A stretch of 64,000 bases of DNA from Malacoraja senta (GCA_038087875.1 CM075978.1:75144001-75208000); one strand, 5' to 3'. Shown: positions 1 to 13,535, counted from the stretch's first letter. Numbers and translations are program-made. The notes: generated by a model from the sequence alone, not told the origin.

Positions 1-509
1 TCCTGATCACAATGATGTACATTCTTGAGCTGATATTTTGACAGATCTCTCAATAGAGTACATTTTCTGAGACTTCACGCCCAATAATAGTTTCACAAAT
101 TACCTTTATGTTTATAAGAAAATGTTTATGGTTTCCATTGAAAGCCATCCATGATTTATACAAGTAGAAATGCACTCAAATTCAGATAACTGTGGAATTC
201 AGGCCATTTAAAATAATACTTACATCTCTGCTTTCATGCAAGGGGTCCAGTGTGCAATCGTGGGAGGTTGCCGTTACCAACTCCTTTCAGAAATGTAAAT
301 ATGAAGCTGAGATCCTTCTCAGACACTGAGAAAGGTTGTTATATTATTCTTTGCAGATGTGTAATTTTCACCATACAGCAGAAGCAGCAAAGTTTTATAC
401 CATCATTTTTTTCTTTAACTTATGTCCAAATTGGAGGTGCAATAGGATAAAATGAAGAGTGACTTTTCACTTTTTTAATTTCTGATAAATTATAGTATCG
501 TAAAGTGGT

Positions 510-1320
510 TGCAGCACATGAGGAGGCCATTCAGTCCGTCGAGTTTGTGCCGGCTACCAGAGCAGCTCAGTAGTTTCATTCCCCAGTCCCCACTCCCCCC
601 CCCCCTCCCCCAACCCTTTCTCTGCAGCACTGCACATTTTTCCTCTCCGTATATTTATCTAATTCCCTCATACAAGCCACATTGGAGTCTGCTTCCACCA
701 CATCTGCAGGAAGTGTGCTCCACATTCTAACCTCACGCTGCGTCAAGACGTTTTTCCTCCTGTGGCTTTAAGTTCTCTTCCCTTTTATTTTACGTGTGTG
801 ATGTCCAATCTTCAACCCCTCCACCAAAGGAAACAGCCTTCCACTACCCACTCCGGTCAGACTACCCATTATTCTATGCACTTCTGTCAAATCTCCCTTG
901 GCTTTCTCCAAAGAAAACAGTCCCCGTATCTCTTATCAATCCTTGTCATACTGGTCTTTCATCTCAGAAACCGTTTGTAAATCTTTTCTGGCCAGGCCTA
1001 ATGATTTCACATTCTCTCTATAATGTGGGAACCAGATTTGAACATGATACTCCATTGGAGGCCAGACCAGTGTTTTACAAAGATCCAGACTGATTCCCCG
1101 CTCTTATATTCTATGCCTCAATTGATAAAGTCCAGAATTCCTTGTCTTATTTTTCAACTAGTCCTGCCACTTTCAATGATTTGTTGCACACATAGTCCTA
1201 GCTCCCTGCACTCTCATCCTTTCAGAACAGTATCCTTTATTCACTATTAGCTCATCTCATTCTTCCTACCAAAATAAATCACCTTATATTTCTCCGCATT
1301 AAACTTCATCTGCCATGCAT
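510..1320 (-). mobile_element. Old degenerate CR1-clade LINE 3' fragment
   Basis: Reverse-strand CR1 3' motifs (ggaggccattcagtccgtcg, aaacttcatctgccat); heavily diverged. Confidence 0.6.
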
Positions 1321-1759
1321 CTGCCCTTATACCCTGGCCCCATAGCAGAACGTCCACGTGGCGGGGCTGGAAACTGGAAGTATCCTGAGCTAATTCTGCT
1401 ACCACCATCATCTACTGCGACAAGTGATGGTTTCCACTGGTTGTCGCTGGAAGCTTGCGTCCTTTACAGGACGGACGATGACAGCGAGGCCAACATTTGT
1501 AACAAGATGGACACGAAAAGAAGGAGAAGTTTATATCCTGCTACAATTTATCACTAATTCTTTTCACATTTCACAATGTGCTCAAATTTATGTCTTCTGC
1601 AAATCTAGAAATTGTGGGTTGCATCCCCATGTCTCGCACATTAATATGGATCAGAAAAGCAATACCCGAGAGTCAACTAGATACAGAGGTAAAGAAGGTG
1701 AGTATAGTATGCTTTCCTTCATCGTTTGGGGCAGTAAGTGGCAAGAATCAGAACGTCAT

Positions 1760-1975
1760 GTAGCAGGTTTATAGGACTTTAGCTATAAGGAGCGGATGGA
1801 CAAACTTGTATTGTTTTCTCTGGAGTGTCGGAGGCGGGAGAGACTCGATAGAAATTATGATTACCAGAGAGAGGGTAGATAACAGAAACGTTTCCATATT
1901 GTTTCTGTGCAGAGAGTGGTGGGTGCCTGAAACACATTGCCAGCGGTGGCAGAGACAATAGTGACATTTAAGAGA
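1760..1975 (+). mobile_element. Old CR1 3' fragment, left part (continues at 3428-3553)
   Basis: agctataaggagcggatggacaaactt...gacatttaagaga; resumes as ggatatgcagg...cctgtgctgtattgttctatg. Confidence 0.7.
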
Positions 1976-2500
1976 TTCAGTATGTCAACGAATACCTTCG
2001 TACACCTCTACAGATGAATGGTAGAGAGCATATTGACTGGTTGCATCACGGCCTGGTTTGACAACTTGAAAGCCTTGGAATGAGGAAGATTACTAAAAGT
2101 GGTGGACACTTCACGGTTACCATCACGGGTACTGACCTCCCCACCATTGAAGGGATCTATAGGAGGAGCTGCCCTTCAAAGGCAGCCCGCATCATCAAGG
2201 ACCCTCACCACCCTGGCCACGTTCTCATTTCACTCCTGCCATCAGAAAAAAGGTATAAGAATGTGAAAACCGTGACCTCCAGGCCCAGGAACAGCTTCTT
2301 CCCAATAACCATCAGGCTCTTGAACACTACTAACACTAACTATACTGCGAACTACAAACTGTCTTGATTACACTAGGGAGTTTGGGCTTTGTTTTGTACT
2401 AATGTGTTTTTAAGTTATTGAACATGTTTTCACTTATTGTGTTGTCAATGAGCACTGTGCTTACAGACTTATTATGCATTTGAAAGAAACAATTTCATTG
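1976..2500 (+). mobile_element. Rex1/Babar-type LINE 3' fragment (tail resumes at ~3398-3428)
   Basis: Encodes VESILTGCITAWF and ORF 2080-2367 (ITGTDLPTIEGIY...IIKDPHHPGH...RNSFFP), typical of the Rex1/Babar C-terminus. Confidence 0.8.
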
Positions 2501-3397
2501 CCACAAAGCTGGGTGGCAGTGTGAGCTGCGAGGAGGGTGCCATGAGGCTGCAGGGTGACTTGGAAAGGTTGGGCAAGTGGGCAGAAGCAAGGCAGATGCA
2601 GTATAATGTGGATAAATGTGTGGTTATCCACTTTGGTGGCAAGAACACGAAGGCAGATTATTATCTGAATGGTGTCAGACTAGGAGAAGGGAAGGTGCAA
2701 CGAGACCCGGGTGTGCTTGTACATCAGTCACTGAAAGTAATCATGCAGGTACAGCAGGCAGTGAAGAAAGCCAATGGCATGTTGGCCTTCATTGCAAGTG
2801 GATTTGAGTTTAGGAGCAAGGAGGTCCTTCTGCAGTTGTACAGGGCCCTGGTGAGACTGCACCTGGAGTATTGTGTGCAATTTTGGTCTCCTAATTTGAG
2901 GAAGGACATTATTGATATTGAGGGCATGCAGCGTAGGTTCACCCGGTTAATTCCCAGGATGGCGGGACTGATGTATGATGAAAGAATGGGTCGACTTGGC
3001 TTGTAATCGCTGGAATTTAGAAGGATGAAAGGGCATCTTATAGAAACATATAAACGTCTGAGAGGATTTGACAGGGTAGATGCAGGAAAAATGTTTCCGA
3101 TGTTGGGGGAGTCCAGAACCAGGGGTCACAGTTTAAGAATAAGGGGTAGGCCATTTAGGACTGATATGAGGAAAAACCTTTTCACCTAGAAAGTTGTGAA
3201 CCTGTGGAATTCTCTGCCACAGATGGCACTGGAGGCCAATTCACTGGATGTGTGCAAAAGAGAGTGTTAGATTTAGGTCAAGGAAAAAGCAGGAATGGGG
3301 TACAGATTTCGGATCAGCCATGATCATATTGAATGGCGCGAAGGGCCGAATGGCCTACTCCTGCACTTTTTTTCTATGTTTCTATGTTTCTATGTTT
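2501..3397 (+). mobile_element. CR1/HER1-like LINE, 5'-truncated, RT C-terminus plus 3' UTR
   Basis: ORF 2521-3006 (QYNVDKC..IHFG, LYRALVRLHLEYCVQFWSP); (ctatgttt)n tail at ~3373-3397. Confidence 0.95.
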
Positions 3398-3553
3398 TCG
3401 GCAGATATGACAATTAAACACTCTTGACCTGGATATGCAGGTAATGGAGGGATATGGATCATGCGCAGACAGAGGAGATTGGTTTAACTTAGCATCATGT
3501 TCGGAACGTATATTGTAGCCTGAAGGGCCAGTTCCTGTGCTGTATTGTTCTAT

Positions 3554-3799
3554 GTGTAGGAAATTGGAGGAGATTTCGCAGTGGAGCGGACAAAATGTGT
3601 AGGAAAGAACTGTAGATGCTGATGAATCAAAGATAGACACAAAATGGTGGAGTAACTTAGCAGGACAGGCAGCATCTCTAGAGAGAAGGAATGGGTGACG
3701 TTTTGGGTCGAAGAACGGTCTCGACCCGAAACGTCACCCATTCCTTCTCTCCAGAGATGCTGCTTGTCCCGCTGAGTTACTCGAGCATTTTGCTTCTAT
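3554..3799. mobile_element. Inverted pair of Penelope-like pLTR fragments with 14-bp TSD
   Basis: Arms ~3632-3710 and ~3721-3800 are reverse complements; TSD ctgtattgttctat at 3540-3553 and 3800-3813. Confidence 0.85.
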
Positions 3800-4275
3800 C
3801 TGTATTGTTCTATCTTCTATCAATCTCCTCATAAGTGACAAAGCAGAATGTTGCAGTGGGAATTTACAGTTTGTAAAGGTAAACTGAAGCTGTAAATTAT
3901 GTGCCGCCATTTGTTTTGGATATATAGATTAAAAATAAGAATTAATAATGCTATTTCACATGCAGTTCATCTCTGCGATAAGAAAGGTTTCCTTTCCTCA
4001 ATCGATGCTGATAATTACCACATACGACCATGATCGAAATTTAGTCGCAGAGAACGACTACAATAAGAGACACCTACACCAAGGACACAGAATGAAACAT
4101 AGACCGAACTCTTAGAAAACCCACAGGGAGCAAAATTGGTTCTTGGTTGCTAATGCCAACTGCATGTGACAATATTGGTTGCTGAATGTACTCACACACT
4201 GCATCGTTTAGTTGAGGTCAAAGGAGCCAAATATGAATAGGTGAGTCCATCAGCAGGCATTATACTGCTCCTAGC

Positions 4276-4597
4276 TTTAGTTTTAGTTTTAAAGATACAG
4301 CGCAGAAACAGGCCCTTCAGCCCACCGGGTCCGCGCCGACCAGCGATCCCCGCATATTAACACTATCCTACACCCGCTAGGGCCAATTTTTACTTTTACC
4401 AAGCCATTTAACCTACAAACCTGTACGTCATTGAAGTGTGGGAGGAAACCGGAGATCTAGGAGAAAACCCACACAGGTCCCGGGAAGAATATACAAACTC
4501 CGTACAGACAGAATCCGTGGTCGGGATCGAACCCGGGTCTCCGGCGCTGCGTTCACTGTAAGGCAGCAACTCTACCGCTGCGCCACCGTGACCGCCC
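4276..4597 (-). mobile_element. HE1-like tRNA-derived V-SINE
   Basis: Minus strand: A box tggcgcagcgg, B box ggttcgatccc, V-domain, CR1-type tail ending in ctaaa-like repeats. Confidence 0.92.
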
Positions 4598-6263
4598 ATG
4601 AAGAGAGGAATTTGGTCACTAGTAAAGTCCTGGCTGGAGTTTGCCCACAAGGTCTGCAAGATTGGTGGAATATGTTTGAAGACTCATTGCCAACGATTTA
4701 GACGGAACATGAAAGACAAATGCAGTGATATATTCAGCTTCATCCCAATGTGCATATCACTCTATCCTCCCTATCCATCTACTCCAGAATTATATCTCAC
4801 ACCAACTCCTATTTTCCTTTTGTTTAGCAGTCCCCTCTGGATCAAAGCTGATTAGTTCTGTAGCCGGATGAGGGCAACGCAGGAGAAGCAGATTCTGCCA
4901 TGTAAGACAGAAGGTGCCTAACGGAGTGGGCAGTTTGGGAAGCGATCCACTCCTTCAAACGTTCATAATATCCTCCCACATGTTCCTGAAAAGATCAAGG
5001 CCACGGTGCCATACCGAATCTCCTTTACCAGTTACATCTTCAAGCATTTGTTTCTTCCAACAGCCAAAACCTGTGCTGGCCCACTGAAAGTGATGATGAA
5101 TCCCATCCATTGAAACGTGGCTCCCAAGGTATGGAAAGCCTTCTCTGCTTTCAAAGTTGCTTGTCTGTCATATTATGTGTCTGGTCCGCAACTCAGTGGA
5201 AATATTTTGCAGCTCATCCTGACAGTTACATCCAGCCTCACCCTCAGTCTTCCACCCTCCGAGCCAGTAAAGAACCAGTAAAAAAAACAGTAAGGAGGAT
5301 ACGGTTCAACCATTCACAGAAACGTGATTAGCAACTTTCACTCTCAGCCACCTTTCCGTCCACTTCCTTATCATATAAAACTTATATAATATAAAAAGGT
5401 GCAATTGAATGACAATATATTTGGGTGATTTGGTGATTTTTAAGTCTAGGTTAGTTTTAAATAACAATGTATTATGAAAAACGTATAAATGTTACAGCTT
5501 TCAGTGTCATGGCCACTGAAACTCTAGTCCTCATGCTTGCTTTGATTCATTCATCCTAACTGTCCAGTTAATGCCCAGTGAGTGATTACTGCTTGGTGCA
5601 ATATCACAGCTGTCTCTGTGTAATAGCAAAACAGCTTTTTCATTGTCCAATGCTCTGTGCTTTGTTTGTGGTCAGTCACTCAGCACACAACAAAAGCTTG
5701 TTTGACCAACAGTGGTTCCAAAACAAAACCATGTTGGAGGTAGTGTTGTTAACAGCATGAATTGATGTTCAGACAGCTACCCACAGCTTTGCATCCAAAC
5801 AGAATTCTCTTCACAAACATACATCTTAAAAAGTGAACAAAAGCATTTGTTACCCCTGTTAACTGAAAATGGGGGACTTAAAGGTCTACAATAGTGATAA
5901 CAAAGCTCAGAGAGGTATATTAGGCACCAACAATGCTCTGAAGTCTAATGAGCAAGATGTTTCAGCACTTTATTTTAGTTGAAAGGATTAGATCTACAAA
6001 TAGACATTAAAAACAGTTCCTGGTAAAATATGATTGTGCTGATTTTAACCTGGATAATCGGACATTTTTCTCCTGTCTCACTCTGGCCTAACTTTCTTCT
6101 CTTCTCTCTTGCCCACATTAGCGCTTTCTGGGTGCAGCGATTCTCAACCCTGTTTTGTCTGCGTAATTTCAGTGAGAATTGGTTTCACCGACCTCATCCC
6201 ACCTGCACTCTGCTATTCAATAAGATCATGACTGATCTGTTACTCTAATACTACTCACAAGGT

Positions 6264-7140
6264 AGACCATATCTGGAATGAGCTGCAGACAAAGGTATAA
6301 AAGTGGTAATAAAAGGTATAATCATGACTTTCAAAAGACAACTGGATAGAAAAGGTTTGAAGGGATGTGGGCCAAATGCAGGCAAATGGGTGTCCAGAAT
6401 GCCAATTTGGATAAGGTGGGCCGAATAGCCTGTTTCCATGCTGTATATGTGCTCAATGACACTATGATTCTAAGTCCATTGTTCCATGAAAGCAGCAATG
6501 CAAGTAGATAGAGTGGCATAGAAAGCATATGGCATGCCTGCCTGCATCATTCATGACATTGAGTATAAGAGTTCGGAGCTTTATGAAGCTTTTATAAACT
6601 CTATTACATTCCGCCAGAGCCCTCTCAGGTAGAGAATCATTTCAGGATGAAGTAACTTCTTATCTTCTTCTTGAATGGCTGACCTCTTATTCGGAGAGTG
6701 ACCCTTGGTTCTAGACATCCTAGCCAAATGGAGCATCATCCTATGTTTGCTTTGGCAAGCCCGAGTAGAATTTTGAATGTTTCAATTAGATCACCTCTCA
6801 TTCTGCTAAACCCAAGAGAGGAGAGGCCCAGTCTGCTTAATCTCCTCAAATGACAAACTCACCCTTCCAGAAATCAATCTAGTGAACCTTTGATATGTTT
6901 CCTCAATGACAAATATATCCTTCCTTAGGTAAGGGGACCAGATGTGTATGCAATATTCCAGATGCCGTCTCACTAGAGCACTATATATAATTGAAGCCAA
7001 ACTGCTACACTGTTGTACTCAAATTTTCTTGTTGCAATAAAGGCCAACGTACAATTCGCCTTCCTAATTGCTCGCTGTACGTGCATGTTAACTTTCATTG
7101 ATTATTGTACAAGGACATCCAGGTCAGTCTGAACAGCAAC
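6264..7140. mobile_element. Cluster of old CR1 fragments (6264-6590 plus, ~6620-7140 minus)
   Basis: ORF 6806-7000 minus YSALVRRHLEYCIHIWSPYLRKD; plus-strand 3' UTR motif gggccgaatagcctgtttccatgctgta. Confidence 0.8.
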
Positions 7141-7978
7141 ACCTTTGAAACTCTAAACTTTAAAACTACACCACTTTTTATTCTTTTCTGTCAGACTATA
7201 TTTCCACCATTCTTACTGGCAGTTGGTCTAGATCATAAACCCAAGTAAAAAAATGGATGACTTTCCTCCCATCTCCCATGCCATTTCGATGGGCACCGGC
7301 AGACCATCCAGTATCTACCAGCATGAGATCTTGCTTACTCACACTAGCCAAACGTAATCTGGTCCTCAACGAGCTTCTGTAGTTATAATCTGCGTAACAC
7401 AAATCCAGAGCTGATTGAAGTCCTACAGCTCCTGTCTGAACATTTCACACAGCAGATTTGCCCATTAAGTTGTATGAGGGAAAGGAAGACATGAATATTT
7501 TAAACAAGGATGCCATTTTATTTATAAACTGATCTATTACTTTTTAATCTATTAGCTGATGGAAATGTTCAAGTCAGAAACAGACAATACTAAGGACCAC
7601 TAAATTACAGTAATGGATATGGAGTTCAGTAAAATTGCCATTTCCAGTTTATAGAATCCTACAATACAGATAGAGGTCATTCTTTGCCAGATATGTGAAA
7701 GAGCTATCCAATTAGTGACTTTCCCGCCTCTTCCCCATAATCGAGTGAACTTGTCCTTTTCAATTACATATCCAATTCCTTGTGTAAGTTAATGCTTAAT
7801 CTGTTTCAAGCATCCTTTTGCACTCCAGATCTAACATATTGCCAAGTAAATTTTTTTAAATCCTCATATTCATCTCCTTTGCCAATTGGTATAAATTATA
7901 TACCATATAGTCAACATTCCTGGGGTTATCATGCTCACATTGAGGCCAACTTTATTTGTCATTATAGTCATCTACCAT

Positions 7979-8414
7979 AACTAACAATGATCTACTCTAC
8001 ATTTTCCTAGATCTCCATTCCCTTTGTCCTGTATTCACACCTTACACTTCCTTATCTACACACTTCCTTATGTACCTTCCTTATGTACCTTATGCTGCCT
8101 TCCCCCACAGTGGGAACCATTGTGGGGGGATGTTTTTATGTTTATTGTTAAATTCTTTAATATTGTGTCTTATCTTTATTCGTGTGCTGCAATGGCAAGT
8201 CAAATTTCACTACACCAATTGGTGTATGTGATAATAAATGGCCCTTGTCTTGTTGTATGTACCTCCCACTCCCCTGACATCAGTCTGAAGAAGGGTCTCG
8301 ACCCAAAACGTCACCCATTCTTTCTCTCCAGAGAAGCTGCCTACCCCGCTGAGTTACTCCAGCATTTTGCGTCTATCTTCGATTTAAATCAGCATCTGCA
8401 GTTCCTTCCCACAC
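7979..8414 (+). mobile_element. Penelope-like pLTR insert, interrupted by a LINE tail (~8090-8255)
   Basis: cagtctgaagaagggtctcgacccaaaacgtc...gttccttcccacac; TSD tagtcatct(a/g)ccat at 7965-7978 and 8415-8428. Confidence 0.8.
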
Positions 8415-9154
8415 TAGTCATCTGCCATCCCCAAAACACAAATTTAATCCAGGTTTAATTCATACGAATCCCACTGCACACAAGTGCAAGTTGTACCAAT
8501 GTCAGGCTCTGTTTACCTTGCACTGCAAAAAATCTGTTTGGCTGTCCCAACTGGACAGTTAGAACACTGGCGTTGAGACTTCACCATTGATGAACTGCAT
8601 GAGCTGGGTCCAAGAGCAACTTCCAGGGCAGCTTTATACAGCAAACACAATGCTCGAGATAACTAGGTTCACTTAAAGCCCCAGAACTCCACTGAGCTAC
8701 AGTCTACTGGAAAAGAATATCATTGTGTCAGGATTATTATTGGAAACATATGTTGGTAAGTGAATGTGAATTCCAGATGTGAAAATAATTTTTACCATTA
8801 CACCATAAAATAAACTTCAACTAATCAACTGGAGGCTTGTCGGTGCAGTGACTTACAACAAGCTTTTCACCTTTGGGACCCAGACATAAATCTTGCCCAT
8901 TTTGATATGGTTGAAATCTTTTCTCCAAAGAGTAATGGACCCCTATGTTAATACGTTTACTTATCTTAACCTATTTCAAACAGGCCCAGATGATGAAATT
9001 CCCCAAAATTTGGTACTCCTACTCAGAGACACTACAAGAAAGGTTGTTATGAAAATTAAAATTGTACTATCAGGGAGTTTTGGGTTACAGGGAATTTGTT
9101 GAGAGATTTATACACTACCATATGGGCATAGAACAGTGTGATGATTGTATTAGG

Positions 9155-10260
9155 ACAAAAGAGACTACAAATACTGAAATTCACAACAAAAACAGAACCC
9201 TGGAAGAACTCAGGAGGTCAAGCAAGATCTATGGATGCCTAAATATTCATCGACATTACGGGTTGTGTCCCTTCATCAGGACTGAGAGGGAAAAGGAAAG
9301 ATAGTCAATAAATAGCAGTATGCAAGGGGTAGGATAGAGGCTAGTGGGTGTAAGTGGAAACAGATGGGGAGAGAATAATAGGAACATTAAACCAGGTGTG
9401 GGAGGAAGAGTGGGACAGTGGCAGGTCGTTGATAGGTGGAGTCAGATGGAAAGGGGATGAGGGCCAGGTGGCACTAGTTGTGGGTGGAGATGGAAGGAAC
9501 GAACAAAGGCAAAGAAAACTAGGTGGACGGTTGACTGTGTTTGGAAGGGGAGCACCAGGGGTGTGGGTTCCCAGAAATTGGATAATTCATACTTCTACCT
9601 TTGAGTGGTAAACTACCCAAGTGGAATATGACACGTTGTTCTTCTAACTTGCATTTACTGTAGCTCTCATAGCAGTGGAGAAGGCAGAGGACAGGCAGGT
9701 CGGTGTGAGATGTGAAGGAGATGTGAGATGTGAGATGTAAACTGACATGCGACCAGAAGGTCGAGGTGGTGGTGGTTGAGAACAGAGCATTGATGCTTTA
9801 TAAAACAGTCACCTAGCCTACACTTGGTTTCACCAATGTAGAGGCTACATCACAAGCGTTGAATGCAGTAGACAAGGTTGGAAGAGGTGCAGGTTTATCT
9901 CCATCCCCATGGGCTGTTTAGGTCGCTGAATGGTGCTGAGGTGGGGAGAGGTGAAGCAACAGGTATTACAGCTCCTCTGATTGCAAGGAAAAGTGCCTGG
10001 GTAGGAGGAGGTATGAAGAGACCTTTTAATCACAAAGAGAGTGGTCCCTGTGGAAAGCAGGGAGGGGTAGATAGGAGAAGATGTGGCCAGTGATGGGATC
10101 CTGTTGGCGCTGGTGGAAATAGCGGAGGATGTGTTGATTGTGGTAGCTGGTGGGGTGAAAAGTAAAGAAATCTATTGCTGTTCCACCTGGTGTGTTGGGG
10201 GTTGGGGTGGATCGGTTCAGAGCAGATGTGCAGGAAATGGAGGAAATATGTGTGAGGGCT
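9155..10260 (-). mobile_element. Older Penelope-like element (pLTR plus degenerate GIY-YIG region)
   Basis: Minus ORF 9845-10033 contains PGTFPCNQRSCNTC, homologous to 44089-44500; pLTR-like 9155-9285. Confidence 0.8.
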
Positions 10261-10446
10261 CGTATTGGACCAGCAATCTCAAGATCACACATTTAAATCA
10301 CACCATAGCATCAAAAAGTTTGCATGAGCTAGGTGTCAAAACCTGTTTGTTTTTTCAAATAGTAACTTTTGCCAACAAGTAATCAGCCAGTAACCATACA
10401 CAGGGAAGTTTTTCTGCTTCCTCAGTAGAACATAATAAATCCAGTG

Positions 10447-10619
10447 GAGGAAAGAACTGCAGATGCCGGTTTAAATCGAAGGTAGACACAAAAAGCTGGA
10501 GTAACTCAGCGGGACAGGCAGCATCTCTGGAGAGAAGGAATGGGTGACGTTTCAGGTCGAGAAGACTGAAGAAGATGCTGCCTGTCCCGTTGAGTTACTC
10601 CAGCATTTTGTGTCTACCT
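10447..10619. mobile_element. Inverted Penelope pLTR insert with 15-bp TSD
   Basis: TSD ataataaatccagtg at 10432-10446 and 10620-10634; internal inverted arms. Confidence 0.88.
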
Positions 10620-10939
10620 ATAATAAATCCAGTGACCCTATTATAAGTCGAGGAGGTAGTTTATCTCCAATTTCTTGACCATTATCAATACTTCACATAA
10701 CGTGACTGAAAATAAATGTGTTCACGATCACATTGTCGTGCACAAATTGACTGTTGTACTTTCTTCATTGTAACAGAGACGGCATTTCAAAAATCACTGG
10801 TTGTAGAGTGCTTTCAATATCCTGAAAGGAATGTGAACATTTCTGGGTAAATCTTTTTCCTGATCCGAGCCACAGAATCCCTGAAGCCAAACTGCTAGTG
10901 TGTAGTTGCACTGTGACAAAACCAAGCAACTTGACTGCA

Positions 10940-11240
10940 TCCTTAAAAGATATTGGATATCCCCAGACTCCAGACTTCCCAATCCTTCCCACCATCTCCT
11001 GGCCTGGCTACCTGCTGCTCCCAAGTCTGCTCTCTTGATTTATAGATCCAACTTAATTACTCACAAGCTCTATTTCATCCCAGATCCTGCCACTGTTATT
11101 CCCAAACATAAGTCTCCTTCAGCTCATCCCCCTCCAGATGCTCCTGTGTTTTCAGCTCCAGCCTCGAATCCCACTCCAGGGTTCACTGCTTGTTGCTTTC
11201 CCGCTTTGTTAAGTTTCTCAAACTTAACTGCTTACTCACT
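10940..11240 (+). mobile_element. Ancient L2-like LINE fragment
   Basis: SRLPNPSHHLLAWLP resembles the L2 motif SRLDYCNSLLAGLP; very diverged. Confidence 0.4.
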
Positions 11241-11371
11241 TTCACTGAAGTAATTTCTAAAAACTTAGATCGAAATGCAAATTATTTTGCTGCAATACGT
11301 ATGCAACTTCAATTCATTCACATACATTGTTGAATTTATATAGACCAATTTGAATTTCAAAGCAAAGCCTT

Positions 11372-11504
11372 CAAGAGATTCAAGATTCAAGAGAGTTTAT
11401 TGTCATGTACCCCAGGTAGGACAATGAAATTCTTGCTTTGCTTCAGCACAACAGAATATTGTAGGCATAAATAAATACAGAACAGATCAGTATGTCCATA
11501 TACC

Positions 11505-11559
<55 letters not shown>

Positions 11560-11560
11560 C
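11372..11560 (-). mobile_element. Rex/Babar-type LINE 3' tail with a (TA)20 microsatellite (11511-11550)
   Basis: ttcaagattcaagagagtttattgtcatg...aatgaaattcttgc; it splits one copy of a local duplication. Confidence 0.65.
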
Positions 11561-11857
11561 TTGAATCAAAAGGAAAAATTAAGGATTTCAAGCAACATGT
11601 TTGAGAAAAATACATAGAACACATGATTAGAGGATAATCCAAACATTAATTTTAATATCCTAATTATTTTAAAATTGTGCTCATTATCTTAAATATGTTG
11701 TTTCTTTCCCCAATTGAGAAATGATTCACAATATCAACCTGGAGTAATAAATTCCAGGTGCAATTATTGTGATAATATACTCATTTAACGTCTACAGTGG
11801 ACAGGATACACAGAGGTCTGAAAGCCATAATGTTGGTGTGTTATAGTTATGACTATA

Positions 11858-12117
11858 TTCATAGAGTCATACAGCACAGAAACTGGCTCTTCAGCCCAAC
11901 TCGTCCATGCTGGCCAAGATGCCCCATCGAAGCTAGTCCCAGTTGCCCACATTTGCCCCATATAATTTAAAAACCTTCCTATCCATGTACCTGTCCAAGT
12001 TCTGTTAAATGCTGTTACAGTACCTGCCTCAACTACCTCCTCTGGCAGTTTGTTCCATATACTCACCACCCTCTGAGTGCAAAAGTTGCCCCTTCGGTTC
12101 CTATTAAAACATTTCCT
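11858..12117 (-). mobile_element. CR1 3' fragment
   Basis: Minus ORF: GNFCTQRVVSIWNKLPEEVVEAGT. Confidence 0.88.
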
Positions 12118-12676
12118 GACCAAATCGAATCATTTATTCTTGGAAAAACATCTGCTTCCTAACTGTTTTAGGAATAGAATTTGACAAATACCAATGCAGA
12201 CTGCAGTAAGACTGAAACAGCCAAAGGATCATTGGTCTGTATCAAAGCAAAGATTCTGCACTGGACTTCAGATAAGGACAGAACAGATTCTCTACGACAA
12301 ATTATCTTCGCCAGCTCCAGATTTTCTTATCAATGCCTTTTCCAGTGGAACCGTGACAAGATATGGCCACCAACAAAGGACAAAAAAAATCTGCTGCGGG
12401 CTTTGGCCATCTGGACCAGTCAGGCAGAGCAAAATCAGATGATAGCAGTATTCTGCATGGGAAGGAGCATTCCTTTGCCCAAATTCATACTTCAGAGGAA
12501 GTCACCCTTGAATGAATGCTCATTCTTGGGGTGGGGAACAATGAGCTGAAGCACTTTAGCAGTGCAAGGAAGCTAACAATACATAAATAACATCACTATC
12601 CATTGTTTCTTCACATTAATCGTGAAACATGTGGTCCATGGCATTATATTGAGGCAAACAACTGGAAGTAATCAAT

Positions 12677-13535
12677 CGTGTGTGGACGAGAATGTGAAGC
12701 AAAGAAGTCAAAGCCAAATAGCCGAATGGAAACGAAGCCGGAACGCCAAATAACCAAAAGCATACGAAGCCGGAACGCCAACGAACTGAAGGCCTACGAA
12801 GCCGAAACGCCAAATAACCAAAAGCATACGAAGCCGAAACGCCAAATAACCAAAAGCATACGAAGCCGAAACGCCAAATAACCAAAAGCATACGAAGCCG
12901 AAACGGCAACGAACAGAAGGCATACGAAGCCGGAACGCCAAATAACCAAAGGCATACGAAGCCGGAACGCCAAATAACCAAAAGCATACGAAGCCGAAAC
13001 GCCAAATAACCAAAAGCATACGAAGCCGAAACGCCACCTAACCGAAAGGCTGCGTCGCCTACAAGCCAACTAACCAAATGGTCGCTCTGCCGAAACGCCA
13101 CCTAACCGAAAGGCTGCGTCGCCTACAAGCCAACTAACCGAATGCCGCTCTGTCGAAAAGTCAAATAATGGCTTGTGTGGGAAAATGACCCCTACCCTCC
13201 CGTCTCCACCGGCCAGTGATGTGATGGACACGGGGGTCTGGAACAATCGCTGACAAGTCCCGCCCCCGGCGACGTCATGTCCGTTATTTGACCTTTTCGG
13301 CAGAGCGGCATTCGGTTAGTTGGCTTGTAGGCGACGCAGCCTTTCGGTTAGGTGCCGTTTTGGCACAGCGACCATTCGGTGAGTTCGCTTTTAGGCAACG
13401 CATCCTTTCGGTTAGTTGGCTTTTAGGCGTCCCGCCCATACGGTTCATTGCCGTTTCGGCTTCGTTTCCATTCGGCTATTTGGCTTTGACTTCTTTGCTT
13501 CGCCTTCTCGTCCATCGACGCCACGTCCGGGTACC
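12677..13535. mobile_element. Non-autonomous fold-back (Mutator/Foldback-like) DNA transposon
   Basis: 9-bp TSD gtaatcaat (12668-12676, 13536-13544); long inverted arms (~12677-13172, ~13278-13535) made of short subrepeats; ~105-bp spacer. Confidence 0.82.
12732..13040 (+). repeat. 32-bp minisatellite, ~10 units, inside the fold-back left arm
   Basis: acgaagccg recurs at 12732, 12764 ... 13020 (exact 32-bp period); unit gcatacgaagccgaaacgccaaataaccaaaa. Confidence 0.95.

Noticed and set aside
12181-12549. 122-aa ORF in unique-looking sequence
   Set aside because: Non-ATG start, no recognisable domain, no convincing splice signals.
12732-13040. CRISPR-like 32-bp periodic array
   Set aside because: Head-to-tail units without unique spacers, no cas genes, vertebrate context; it is part of a fold-back arm.
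12616-13101. Overlapping repetitive ORFs (up to 161 aa)
   Set aside because: Artefacts of a stop-free 32-bp repeat.
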